From contig CAJFCJ010000002.1 of assembly GCA_904063045.1 (NCBI GenBank), positions 3,529,891 through 3,593,890 on the forward strand: a DNA stretch of 64,000 nt, read 5' to 3'. The position numbers and the translations under genes were made by a program. Shown here in pieces: positions 51,491 to 63,445 of this stretch. A model generated the notes under the pieces. That model was not told the DNA's origin, did not search any database, and worked only from the letters and a program-made list of their open reading frames with translations. The stretch's first letter is position 1. Every line of letters starts with the position of its first letter. Source of the DNA: Dimorphilus gyrociliatus. Its lineage: Eukaryota > Animalia > Annelida.

Positions 51491-52484
51491 AGCGTAATTT
51501 TTTATATCTTATTTCGCTTCTGGCGTGGTAGAAACTTAGATGTTAGTTATAATCTTCTGCTGCTTCTTTCTTTCTTTAATATTGTTACAAAAGTGACTGG
51601 GAATATCTCTACTTTACATCAATAGTAACAAAAATGTATATCGAGTATATATATGAGTATTGTAATTATCATTCAATTAGACATTTCCCTTAACAATAGC
51701 CGTTAAGCTCCTAGAAAACATATTTAAACAATAATATGCATATAGTATACTAAATTTGTATAGAAGTTTTTAAAAATAGGCCCATGTCAGAGTTGTCTTC
51801 ATATATATTTTCTATTGTTGTGACTACTGCCACTACTGTTGTGCTTAGAAAGATTGCATAGATAAAATTCATTCATATTTAATACAGATATATAGAATTC
51901 TTTCGTCTATGATTTACATAATTCCTTTCCATCTATTGAGAATATCTTAAGATGGATAATTTTACTCTACGAATATGGGCTTTATAATTTTTCATTTAAA
52001 GAGAATTTATTATCTTTATATTTGTATACGAGTCTTATAAATGATGAATTAGACTTACGCTAAAGGTTGGTTGGATTTGGAAATGTCAGTCAGAGTGATT
52101 TTTTACCAATCCTTCTATTATAATACAACATTGGAACGCTTAATGTCTTAAGATGACACTACTCAAAATAATATCTTTTATTTTCCAAACCTACTTTTAG
52201 TATTCTCTTTATCGAATTTTCTATTTTTCTTGACGGTAAGGGGGATTTTTCATTGCTTAAAAATCTAATTTACAACATTGAAATCCCCGCCAATATAATC
52301 TATAATTAATTTTAATATATGAAAAATGTATTAATAGCATTAATTATATAAATTAATTGCTTGTTAACGTGATTTCCAACATTCTATTACAACGAATTTA
52401 AAATAAATATTTCTCTAAGTGTGTGCTATAATCTTGGAAACAACAGCATGGGATTGACCAAGCTCATTAGTTTTTGTTTGTATT

Positions 52485-52497
52485 ACAGATGGCGCTG
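52485..52497 (+). promoter_or_regulatory. CTCF-like core motif upstream of FKBP12
   Basis: ACAGATGGCGCTG, about 290 nt upstream of the ATG at 52784. Motif match only. Confidence 0.25.
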
Positions 52498-52783
52498 CTT
52501 ACGTCCTTGGCATAATTCATAAGATAGAATATATATAATTTTTATGCTACCTATGACTTCATTTTTGAAAATAGAAGACAATTGTAGCAATTTGTAGCAT
52601 AATCTATAAAATAAATACACGATGAGTAGTAGACATGCATTCAATGAAATAGGTGGCGTTATTAGCAAGATGCTAATAGGGAGTATGGACAATGCACAAT
52701 ATTGATTCCTTACATTGGCGTCAGTTACATTCGTGCAGCTTGCCGGCATTTTATATTGAAAATCTTCAAATTTAATTGAAAGT

Positions 52784-53475
52784 ATGGGCGTCCAAGTTGA
52801 AACTTTAAAACCTGGAGATGGTAAATAATATATAACATCTTTTACATATAAATATACTAAGAATTTACAACGATATAAGCAAATAATATGGTCTTTTTTC
52901 TTGCAGGAGTTAACTTCCCCCAACCCGGTAGAAAGGTTATCGTACATTATACAGGTAAATGAGCTTATTATGGAATTAGGTCAAGTTTATACAAAGATTA
53001 GGGATGGAATTATACGAGCAGAGTTTGAGGCTAATAAAGTTAAAATACGTAGTTTAAGAAGAACTATCGAAAAGCAAATAACGTTTTTTGGCGGTCATGC
53101 TTTTATATGTAAAAAAGACGCGATGAGTCATTGTCGCGGCTGGCCGTGACCTTAGCAGTAAAAGTTTTTTTATAAGAAAAAACAACTTTTCTCCCTTAGA
53201 ATATAGTCTGAATGCATTATTCGATTTTTATAGGCACTTTAACCAATGGAAAGAAATTCGATTCGTCCAGAGATAGAGGAACTCCCTTCGAATTTTTTAT
53301 TGGAAAGGGTGCCGTTATCAGAGGATGGGATGAAGGCGTTGCTAAAATGAGCATTGGCGAAATTGCCAGGCTTACTTGCTCTCCCGATTACGCTTATGGA
53401 CAAGCTGGAGCAGCTGGTGTGATTCCTCCAAACGCTACCCTCATTTTTGAGGTTGAACTCCTCAGCATTCAGTAA
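52784..53475 (+). CDS. FKBP1A: FK506-binding protein 12 (peptidyl-prolyl isomerase), 108 aa (exons 52784-52820, 52907-52954, 53234-53475)
   Basis: [100 protein letters not shown]: exact FKBP12 length and motifs. Confidence 0.98.
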
Positions 53476-53705
53476 AGCATTGCTGAGATGTCTCGGCGGA
53501 GAAGATGATTTCTCTAATGTATATGTATCATATTGATATATAGAATACAAAACGAATCTATAAGTGTATTGTATTTTCTTAAATTTAAAAAAGGCGGTAG
53601 ACAGTGTTCTGTGTCTGGCAATAAAGACCACTAAAAGCACCTTGCAACAGCACAACTTTATGTTTTTTTAATCCGATAGATGTCACTATTTTATCTTTTT
53701 AAAGT

Positions 53706-56546
53706 CTAAATTATTGTACATCCGCAACAGCATTTTTGGGGATAGTCGGGACAGAATACTTTCTCATTCCCATAAATCCAGAACTTTTTCCTCTGAGACT
53801 TATATAGATATTGAATTTCCGTCACTGGAACCGATCTTAAAGTCTGTCTCTGAAACAGCATAGATTCCTTAATAAATTATTGATAATGAACTTACATAGT
53901 TATCTATTATATCGCACTTTAACTAAAACACGCTTTCATTGGTTCGCTTTATTATATTCTATTAGCATTATACATAGGTTACAAAACAGCCGAGAGAATA
54001 TCAACCTACATACAAATTACCTTATAAACTTTGAACTATTCATATTTACAACATCCTAACATAACAAGATTTGTTTGCCATTTATTTCTGGATGATTCGA
54101 CAAATTCCTTGAGAATCAACTATATAGTAAACTAAAATTCTTGCTCTAAATTTAACATGTAAAATCTAAAAGTCAATTTCATTTTTGTATTATCTACGAT
54201 TATCATCTTTTTCAAAAGATAAAGGAAGCATCTATAAATTTGAATATAACTGAAGTTTTTTTTATGTTTCTTATCTGTATAAATTACTACTTCCGGTTCT
54301 TTTATACAGTATTTTTTTATTAACAAAGGTTACTTTCTTTATAAAATTTCTCAATTTTTAATATATAATTTAAATAAAGTAGGTTTCTAGTTTAATAAAG
54401 ACAGAGGTTAACTTGATAGATGATAAATCAACGCTTACTTTCGTTTTTGTTAAACTCTAAAGAATTCTAAATTGATAGGAGATTAATCATGGGAAAAAAA
54501 TCAGATGATTCTTTTTTTCTACGTTGCAGTTCGCCGCGAAAAAAGTGAGAAAGCGTAACCTTTCTGTCAAAATAGATAAGAAAAGACATAGAATGTCTCT
54601 TATCTATTTAAAAACTACCATTAATTTTAAAAAATACACTCTAAACTACGATTTTAAACCTCTAAAAAGAAAATAATTGATGAATATCAGAGATTCTTCT
54701 CTTCTCACCCAGATCTTAACTTTTTAAATCTATTATACCTGTTGAATTATTCTCTCGTTCTTAAAATTTTCCAGATGCTCATCAACTAACTTCCTCGAGT
54801 TAACTTTGATTTCCTCCAGAGGGTAATTAGAAACAGGGCATACCTGTAGATGTTTGAAAAATCCTAATAGGTTTTACAATTAACTATTTTCACGGTTTTT
54901 TACCATAGGTAAAGTTTGTTGAAATATGACGATGCCTTTAGCGCCTTTTACAAGTTTATTAGGTAAATCACTGTTATCAATAATATAATGAGATTTTCGT
55001 CTTTGACTGTTAAAAAGACAATAATTAATAAATATATATTGCAAAAAATATAAAAGAGTATAAGTAAACTTATTTACAATTTGACATTTAACTGAATATT
55101 GCATTTTATTTGCCTGTAGCCGTTGCAAATACCACAAGTTGTTCTTCCTTCTGCACTGCACTTTAGACATCTAGATTTGATTAAATTTATATTGTAAATT
55201 AATAGAAATTATTACCTAATTATATGGGATTAATAAGATTGGAAGGATGCCTATTTACCTAATTAATCAGCTTAATTCTATGTTAAATTTAATGAACAAA
55301 TAAAAGGAAGGAGTATTAATAGGAATGAATTTTGGGAAAAGAAAACTTCTACTTAGGGTATCAATGGTAATGTTATTGTAATTATTCTTCTGAAGAGAAG
55401 ATTCTTTCCTTAGGGTAAAGTTATGGTTAGGAACTTTCATTCGTTTGTTTTTATACGAGAAACTGACCCTGTATTTCCACTGCCGCTACATTTCGTACAT
55501 CTATCAGTAACTTGCTTATGGGGATCTGAACTATATCTTTTAGTTCTTCCACTTCCTCCACAGCTACCGCAAATTACATGGCCCTTACCAGCACATCTTA
55601 AACACTTTACAAAGCCTTTACCAATGCATCCGTAGCATATTTGAATTGAATCGGTGAACGGTACAATAATTTTCTTGTTCTCATTAGTAAAATATTCGTC
55701 AGGAGAGCATTCGATACTCCAAGGATCGGGCACTTGGCCTAATTTCTCATCTTTTATATCTTCACCCCGATAAGGATTGTAGATATAGCCGATAGACCTA
55801 GATTCTGTACAACTTTCTAGGGTATACTGTAAATGTTTTTACTAAAAGTATGCTGATCTAAAACAATACATAGGAAAAACATACATGCAAGGCGCTCGTG
55901 TTTAGAATTTTCTCAAAATCTATTTTCTCAATAAATCCTTTGCCATAGCAAGTGTGCTCCGATGCAAATTCGTATAATAATTGCTTACACTCCTTCTCTG
56001 AAATTTTAGATTCATTCTCAAAATTTACAGTTTCCGGTTCCGAGTGACTTAATTTATAATCTTGTTGCGGTGGACTAAGAGGGAACTCTTGACCGAATCC
56101 ACCAACGTCCTCATAGCCTTTAAAAGACGGTAGTTCCTTTGGAGATGGTTGTCCAAAAAATGGTACGTCACCGCCTGGATTATCCTCCATGGCGAATTCG
56201 GGCATATCATCCCATTTGAATGCACCTTGACCCGATTTAAATGCTGTAAATGAAATTATACATTTCAGATAATATTCTTTCCATTAATTAATATTGAATT
56301 AATTTCTTAAGAAATTCTTAAATAAATAAAAGATCATTCCAGCTGGCAAACTCACAAGGATGTCCTCTAGTACCACCACCACCGTAAGGAGCTTTGTAAA
56401 ATAAAGAAAACATTTAGAGAAACTGTGGAGTACCATTAAGTATAATATTTAAATGTTTATTTTCATATAATAAATGAGCAGTTTTTTAAATTTATCGTAT
56501 AAAACTTACTAGGCAGAAAAACGCCAGGTTGATAATCGAGAGGCAT
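53706..56546 (-). CDS. SSUH2: SSUH2 homolog (DnaJ-like CxxCxGxG zinc-finger repeats), about 8 exons
   Basis: Spliced product MPLDYQPGVFLP-TPYGGG.., E..CK.LLYEFASEHTCYG, DPWSI..VPFTDSIQICYGCIGKG..CLRCAGKG..CGSCGGSG..CTKCSGSG, last exon 53849-53706 RQTLRSVPVTEIQY..WIYGNEKVFCPDYPQKCCCGCTII. Ends in a CaaX-like motif as in SSUH2. Confidence 0.88.
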
Positions 56547-58368
56547 ATTTGAACAGATTTTAACTTTCTTCTGACAAACTTCTTATTTTATAAATCGATA
56601 GACACTACACCTGGCCGAACTGCATAAACCCGAATGCAGCGCTTCCTGTATATAATTTTAGTCGGAAACGCGCATAGAAAAAATAAACAGGTCAGATTAT
56701 TTCTGAAAAACCATACGCCTTGAAAAATACTCGATTGGATAGCGTTAAACGGTGATTTAAAAGAAAATTTTATACGAAAAATACAGATTTTTAACTAATT
56801 TTTAACTCTTTTTTCTTTTTACAAACACTTGAAAAAGCAACGCAAGTGTTATATTTCAAAGTTGAAGAGTAAACAGACAAGAAATATTACTGAAAAAATT
56901 TCTTACCTGCAAAAGAGATATAAATTTATTATTTCTATTATAGAAACTTTTCTCAATCAATTAAATTATTTTTTTACGGTAGATTTCTATCGCAATATTT
57001 TCAAAATAGATTATACAAATATTATTCATTGCTTTAAGCAATTTGTTATAAGCTATTTGATATATCTAAACGGGTGAACATATGGAAAATGAAAAATTTT
57101 CCAATTATGAAAAAAGGGACAATAACCGACAAATGGAAAAAGGAACAAAAGAGAAATGATAAAAAATAATGAACACTTTAAAGAAGATAGAAAAACAAAT
57201 TATTTAATTATAGTTTCATTAATCCTTTTTTCTATAAATAATTCATTTGCGTCAAATGAATTACAGTCTAACTTATCAAAAAAGAAAAAAAAGAAAACGT
57301 TTTGATTTCTATTGCTTAAAAGCATCGTGATCAAAGGTTATGGGAATTAGTTTTTTCTAGATATATTAGAACCGTATAAATACATTACTATAATATAAAT
57401 TATGTCAAGTATTTTATATATTTTGTTTATTCTAAATTACATCAAGTGAAAACGTTTCTGAATTTTAAACAACCCCTAAGTATTATTGACTAAATGTAAA
57501 TGTTGTTTATTATTAACAATATTACTATTCTCTAGACTATACTTTCATATGATTTTATTTCAATAACAAAAAAGAAAAGGAAAAGTTCTTCTTCTCAAGG
57601 TTGTACTAAATAACCTTGAGAAGTAATATTCACCACCAACTCTGTCGTGTAGCATCGATCATAATATTGCTTATACAACGATATATAACATAGTATGTAT
57701 ATATGTATATACTGTATATATAAAAGAAAGCGGTATTGTTTAAAATTCTAGAAAAAACTTCAACATCACATTAATTTATTCGCTTTTCGTTTCGGCCAAA
57801 AATTTTGTTTCCTCCCACAAAACGGATCATTTATTCTTACAAATAATTAAAGATTACACAATTCGTTCAACAGACTTTAGCTTATTTCTATTTGACATAA
57901 AACACATTATTTTCATCTATTTATAGCCATATTTTTCAGGGTATTGTGATAAATTTCCATCAATCAAAAAGTTTTCAAGTTATATTTCGTTCCTTAATTA
58001 GAAACAAGTTACTGTTTTTCTTTAAAAAAAAAAAAGTAAAATTCCTAGTAAAACTATTTAGTTAGTTATGAAAAATTTATGTAAATTTCAGTTTCAAAAT
58101 TCAAATCTGAATAAAAACCAGATGTTCACTTTTTAACTTAATATTTATCTTTAAAAGAAAATTACTATGTTTAAAGAAGAAAAGTAATTCAATTAATAAT
58201 AAAAAACTATCGTATCTACATTATTTTTTTATCTTTATTTTCTGTAGAAACACATTCTTTATAAAGAAAGCTTACTATTGTTTAAAGACTTTTTAAGTCT
58301 ATAATAATTACATAAAAGATTATTACTCCTATACTCATCTACACATTTAAAAACTGTTTTATAGGAAA

Positions 58369-58412
58369 CAGCTGCAAGAACCTTGATAAATGCCGGTCAT
58401 AATGTAACCGTT
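58369..58412 (+). pseudogene. Truncated copy of amine-oxidase exon 2
   Basis: cagctgcaagaaccttgataaatgccggtcataatgtaaccgtt matches 59620-59663 at 37/44 nt, including the same cag acceptor. Encodes AARTLINAGHNVTV versus AARILINGGHNVTV, then diverges and stops. Confidence 0.65.
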
Positions 58413-59415
58413 TCGCAGTCTACGAACAGCGCATGTTTTAAACAATCTTAACTTAAAATATAAGACTCTAAATATATTCTAATATATCATTTAACGAAGC
58501 CTACTATTTCAGTCGTTAGCTGACTTAGTATGAAATAATCAAACCTCTTGTTCACTCTATTAATCTAATTAAAAGTATGCTATTAGAATTAGAAAACATC
58601 GTTATGCCAATTAAAAACAAACATAACTGTTAAAACTTTATGAATTATTATACAATTTATAATAATTTCTTAACATTTATAGAGAATTTCTAGGTTATCA
58701 TTGAGGGTTTTTTCGTTGAGAAATTTCAATCTCAGGCAGATATTGATTAGGATAAAAACTGTAAATATTTTGCAGTTACAGCGGAGATTTTTAAAGTGCT
58801 TAAAAGCCAATAATAATATAATTATTATTCTTTGCCAATACGCTCTTAACAAGTTATGAAATATTTTAATAAAAGCAAAGAAAAAATATGTAAATTGATA
58901 TTATTTATGTGAAAAGGGAAACGTAGAATTTGTTACCGATATATTTTCTAATAAATCTCTCTGTTCTTTCCCTTTTTCATTAAATTATTTTCCATGTTCA
59001 AGTATTTTCAATATTATTCTTAATAAAACAAAAAAAATGACAAAGTATTATTAAATTTCTATTGAAAAACTGAGAAAAACAGAGTTTTTTTAATGAAATT
59101 TTAAGCTATTGACCCGTTTAATAGAGATTTAAATAATTAAAAACAATAATTAATCATTTAGTAAAGAAATTAGAGGTAAAAACAATTTGTATTCATAAAA
59201 TTATTCATTCAAACATTTGGACTTTTTTTTTTATAACATATATATTTTTACAGTATGAAACTACTTGATTTCATTAGATTTCAAGAGGTGAATAAGTGTA
59301 ATTCTAAAATAACATACTATTTTTGGTAAGTAATACGAAAAAACAGTATGAAATATGATTTATATTCTAAAAATATATATATTTTTAGATTAGAAATTAC
59401 TGAAAAATTATAAGA

Positions 59416-61241
59416 ATGCGATCTCTCTTCATCTTGATAGTGTCTATTATTATTCTCGACTTTGTTAAATCCAAAGATATTATCATCGTTGGAGCGGGAA
59501 TATCAGGAATCTCAGGTTAATTTGTCTAATGTTGTTGAATATTCTAAAGAGATTTTCTTTATTTGAGAGATCGAGTAAAATATTTATTCCTTCTATTCCT
59601 TAAAATGGTTTATTACTGACAGCTGCTAGAATTTTGATAAATGGAGGTCATAATGTGACTGTTCTGGAGGCGAGGAATCGTGTTGGTGGAAGAATTCATA
59701 CTGTGGAAGTTAATAATAGTAAATCTATATTTTTTTGGGGTATCTACTTTATTGTTTTTGTCTTTATTTAGATAAGGTAGATTTGGGAGCATCATGGATA
59801 CATAAAGATAATGATAATCATCCTATCTATAAGCTAGCAGAAAAATTTAATTTAAAGACTAAAGAAATAGCTTCTTCTTATAAAGTATTTACTAAGAATG
59901 ATCAAAATGAGAGAATAGAAGTTAATTCTAGTCTTTTGGATGAAAAGTATGAAGAATATATCCAGGTTAGCTAATTAATAAGGATACAAAAAAGGCAAAT
60001 ATGTTTATTTTTTAAATTACAGTTAATTAAATCTCTTGCAAGTGATTCTTCAAAATTATCTTCCAACATATCGGTTTACGATTATTTAAAGAATAAAAAT
60101 CTACTTAAAAGCATAACTGAAAATAAATTTAATGGATTCTTTTTAAGTAGAACGGAGATTGATTTTAGTGCTTCGTTTAAGAGTTTGTCAGCGAAACTTA
60201 CAGGAAAAAGATTCACAAAGAGTTCGGATAAGAATGAAAATGGCGAAAAAACACCAGTATTAATTTTTCCAAATGGTTATCTTGATATTGTTTCAAAGTA
60301 AATTTAAATTTCTAATAAGTAATTGTAGGAATAATGTTATTTAAATTTTTCATTAAGTCTGATCAAAGGCGTTGGAAAGGAGAAAGTAGTTAAGGTTTCG
60401 TTAGAAAAGGTTGTAACAAATGTTACTGTGAAGGATAAAGTGAGTGTTAAAACTAAAGATGGATCTTCTTATACTGGAGATTATGTAATTATCACTATTC
60501 CATTGGGAGTTTTGAAAAATGATACTATTACCTTTAATCCTCCAATTTCTGAAAAGAAAAGAGACGCTATAAATAGCGTTGGTTTTGGAACATTAAATAA
60601 AGCATACTTGGAATTCAAAGTACCTTTTCCAGATAATGAAACACACATTTATTATTTTATGCAAAATAAATTCCAAAATCGCAACTATTTCAATGACTTT
60701 TATAACCTTGGAAGATGGATAGACAAGTCAGCATTTATGTCATTATCACCTTCTACCGAAGATCAAAATTCCGAAGAAATCGATGATACAAGTATTACTG
60801 AAAGCTGCTTAACAAGATTGTCGATTATTTTCAATAAATCAATAGTTGAGCTGAAAGAAAGTTGGAATAGTACAATAAGAACGAGGTGGCAAGCAGATGA
60901 ATTTAGTCAAGGATCATTTTCGTATCCCCAAGTTGGTTAGTTTAACCTTTCTTTACGTGTTGTTTGTAATAATATATAAGAAAACTATATAATGTTTAGG
61001 TACGACTCTTGAAGATTATGAGGAGCTAAGAAGATCCCATCAAAAGTATGTTTTATTTGCTGGTGAGCATACCTCGAACCAAAACTATGGAACTGTTCAG
61101 GGAGGATATAATAGCGGTGTAAAGGCTGCTTGCGAAATTGATAAAAAGCTCTGCTCAACTTCTAGTGCACCAGTTTTTAAAAGTTTAATAACTTTCTATT
61201 CAGTCATAACTTTATTAATTTATATTATACAGTTCCTCTAG
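59416..61241 (+). CDS. 494-aa flavin-containing amine oxidase (polyamine-oxidase-like) with signal peptide and hydrophobic C-terminal tail (exons 59416-59515, 59623-59718, 59772-59965, 60023-60297, 60358-60935, 61000-61241)
   Basis: IIIVGAGISG..LEARNRVGGRIHT..DLGASWIH, DYVIITIPLGVLK, GFGTLNKAYLEF, RWQADEFSQGSFSY, LFAGEHT..GTVQGGYNSG. All splice phases are consistent. Confidence 0.93.
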
Positions 61242-63125
61242 TGTTGATTTCATCAATAAAAATAGAAGAATAAGATTAATTAAAGTCATTTTTTAACTTA
61301 AAAAAAAAACTTCAACATTCTCTGCAGAGAGTATATTGATGCGCATTAATTTTGTTAATGAAAACATTGTTAATTTCATATTCCAAAACAGTTTGAAGCG
61401 GACTTTCTTTCCCATTTGACAGATTATTTTGTTAAAACAGATATGAAAATAAATATTAAAGGTTATCAATGTTTATTTATTAAAGAAAGTGTTATGAGAC
61501 TGAGCTACTTAGTATGAAATTTGTCCTAGATACTAGCACTTTTTGAAATAATATACTATTTCATTATGTAAACAGGAAAATGGAAATTTTCTTAATACAC
61601 CATAATAGAATTATATTTAACATAACAATTTGAAGTTATTAATTTTGATAAAATACAGAAAGATAATAAAGAGAAAAGAATTTCTTTAGAAAACTCTTTA
61701 TTTTTATTATTTCTTTGACATCCTAACTTCTAAGGTTCTTCTTGCCTCGTTAAAATTTCATTCTAAAAATAACTAAATGATTTAATTGTCGTAAAATCTT
61801 AATGGTATATTCTATACTGGAAAATTTTCTCAATTATACAAAATAGAATATTATAAATACCACGAAAACATCAATTACTATCTAGAATATAATTAGGGTA
61901 TACTTAATTTATATAATTGAGCCTCTATATTGTTTACTATATAGTTCATATAATTGTTACTTTAGAGAGATTTCTTTTAATATTTTATTAGTTGGCTTTA
62001 GAATGTTAATGTCAATCTTTGCAGCTATTTTTAACATCTGTGAACATTCCATTAAAATACTTTACTAATTTGGACCTAAGTATAAGAAGGAGGGAATAAC
62101 ATGCTATTAATTGAAGTAGAACTTAATAAAAATTGTATAATAAGGATAAGAGTTATTTTAGGCACTAGAAATTTTCTATAATGAATGAAAATTGTTATTT
62201 TTATAGTATTGATATCATCTTTATTTACAGAAGAAAATTTAACTATGATACTTATTTACATCAAATAATTTTTTAGACAATATGAACGTGTTGCTTCGGT
62301 TTTTACAAGCTAAATAGCAAAAAGGAGGCCTTTAGATTTGTATATTGTAAAATGTGATCAATGTGAAGCAGAGGCCTTAAATACATTTCTTTTATTCAAT
62401 GTTGTTTAAGAGTTTGCCTGAACTCATTTATGATCGATGAAACAATTTAATTTTTGACGTTTTAAAGAAAACCTAAAGGAAACTCTGTGTTCTGTGCACT
62501 TCATAGCCAAAGGATAGAGGTAAGTGTCCTTTTTGATTAACGCATAAAGAAAAATGAGAACTTTATGCTAAAAGAATATACTTAGAGGTCATTTGCCGAG
62601 ACGCTATATAAAGATTTACAGGAGAATATTGATGCTAACAAATTACAATCAACTCCAATTTTAGCCATAAATAAGTAGAATAGTGTATAGAAAGCACTGA
62701 TGTTCCTATAGAACACTAGATGACTCTGATATATCAAAATTTAAATAAAAATAGTGTTCAAAATGTGAACAGTTTGAAATAAACATTTACTAAATGTCTG
62801 ATTTTAAAAAGAGAATAATTAGTATCGGACAAAGTAGTTCAATTTTATTAAGACTAAACAATTGCCATATGTTACTGAATCAGGCTAAAAAGAGCAAAAC
62901 ACAACAAATCGAAAACATGATGAAAAAAATAAAGGAAAAACAACGTCAGACCATATAAAATAATATAATGTATTGTCTTTTCCTTCCAATTTATCTATCA
63001 TATATCTTTCAATTTGAAGCAGTCTAGAATCAGTGTAAATATATCTCTACTGTTCCATCTTTTTATTTGCATATCTTTTACTGTCCTTCTCCTGTCTCTA
63101 TATATACTGATATCTTTTTCTTTTT

Positions 63126-63174
63126 CTTTCTCTCTTTCTCTCTCTTTTCCTCTCTCTCTCCCTCTCTCTCTCTC
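63126..63174. repeat. (CT)n-rich tract upstream of the SLC16-like gene
   Basis: ctttctctctttctctctcttttcctctctctctccctctctctctctc; this tract explains the spurious 63014..63217 ORF. Confidence 0.85.
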
Positions 63175-63445
63175 GCTGATATACGAACACGTATATAGTA
63201 CTATATTTTTGGTATAACTAACAGAAAGGTAATAAACGATAGGGGTCTTTTTCTATCCTTGTCACTTACTGTTGTTCTATCAGCTAATTAACACACAATG
63301 GTACTGTTTGTCTCAAAAGTTCCTCTTTGCTTAAAGAGGGCATATTGAAAGTAGTTTCATGTGATTAAAAAGATCTTATCACTCTATTTCACAGGTAGCT
63401 TAATTAAACCCAAACAAAGGCCTCTGGATGATCATCTTTCATAAC

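Noticed and set aside
52901-53149. 82-aa ORF spanning FKBP12 exon 2 and intron 2
   Set aside because: It starts at an intronic TTG, is in a different frame from FKBP12, and has no homology cues.
57591-57623. Perfect 12-bp inverted repeat cttctcaaggtt / aaccttgagaag with a 9-nt loop
   Set aside because: Too short for a pre-miRNA or MITE, single copy, and no target-site duplication is evident.
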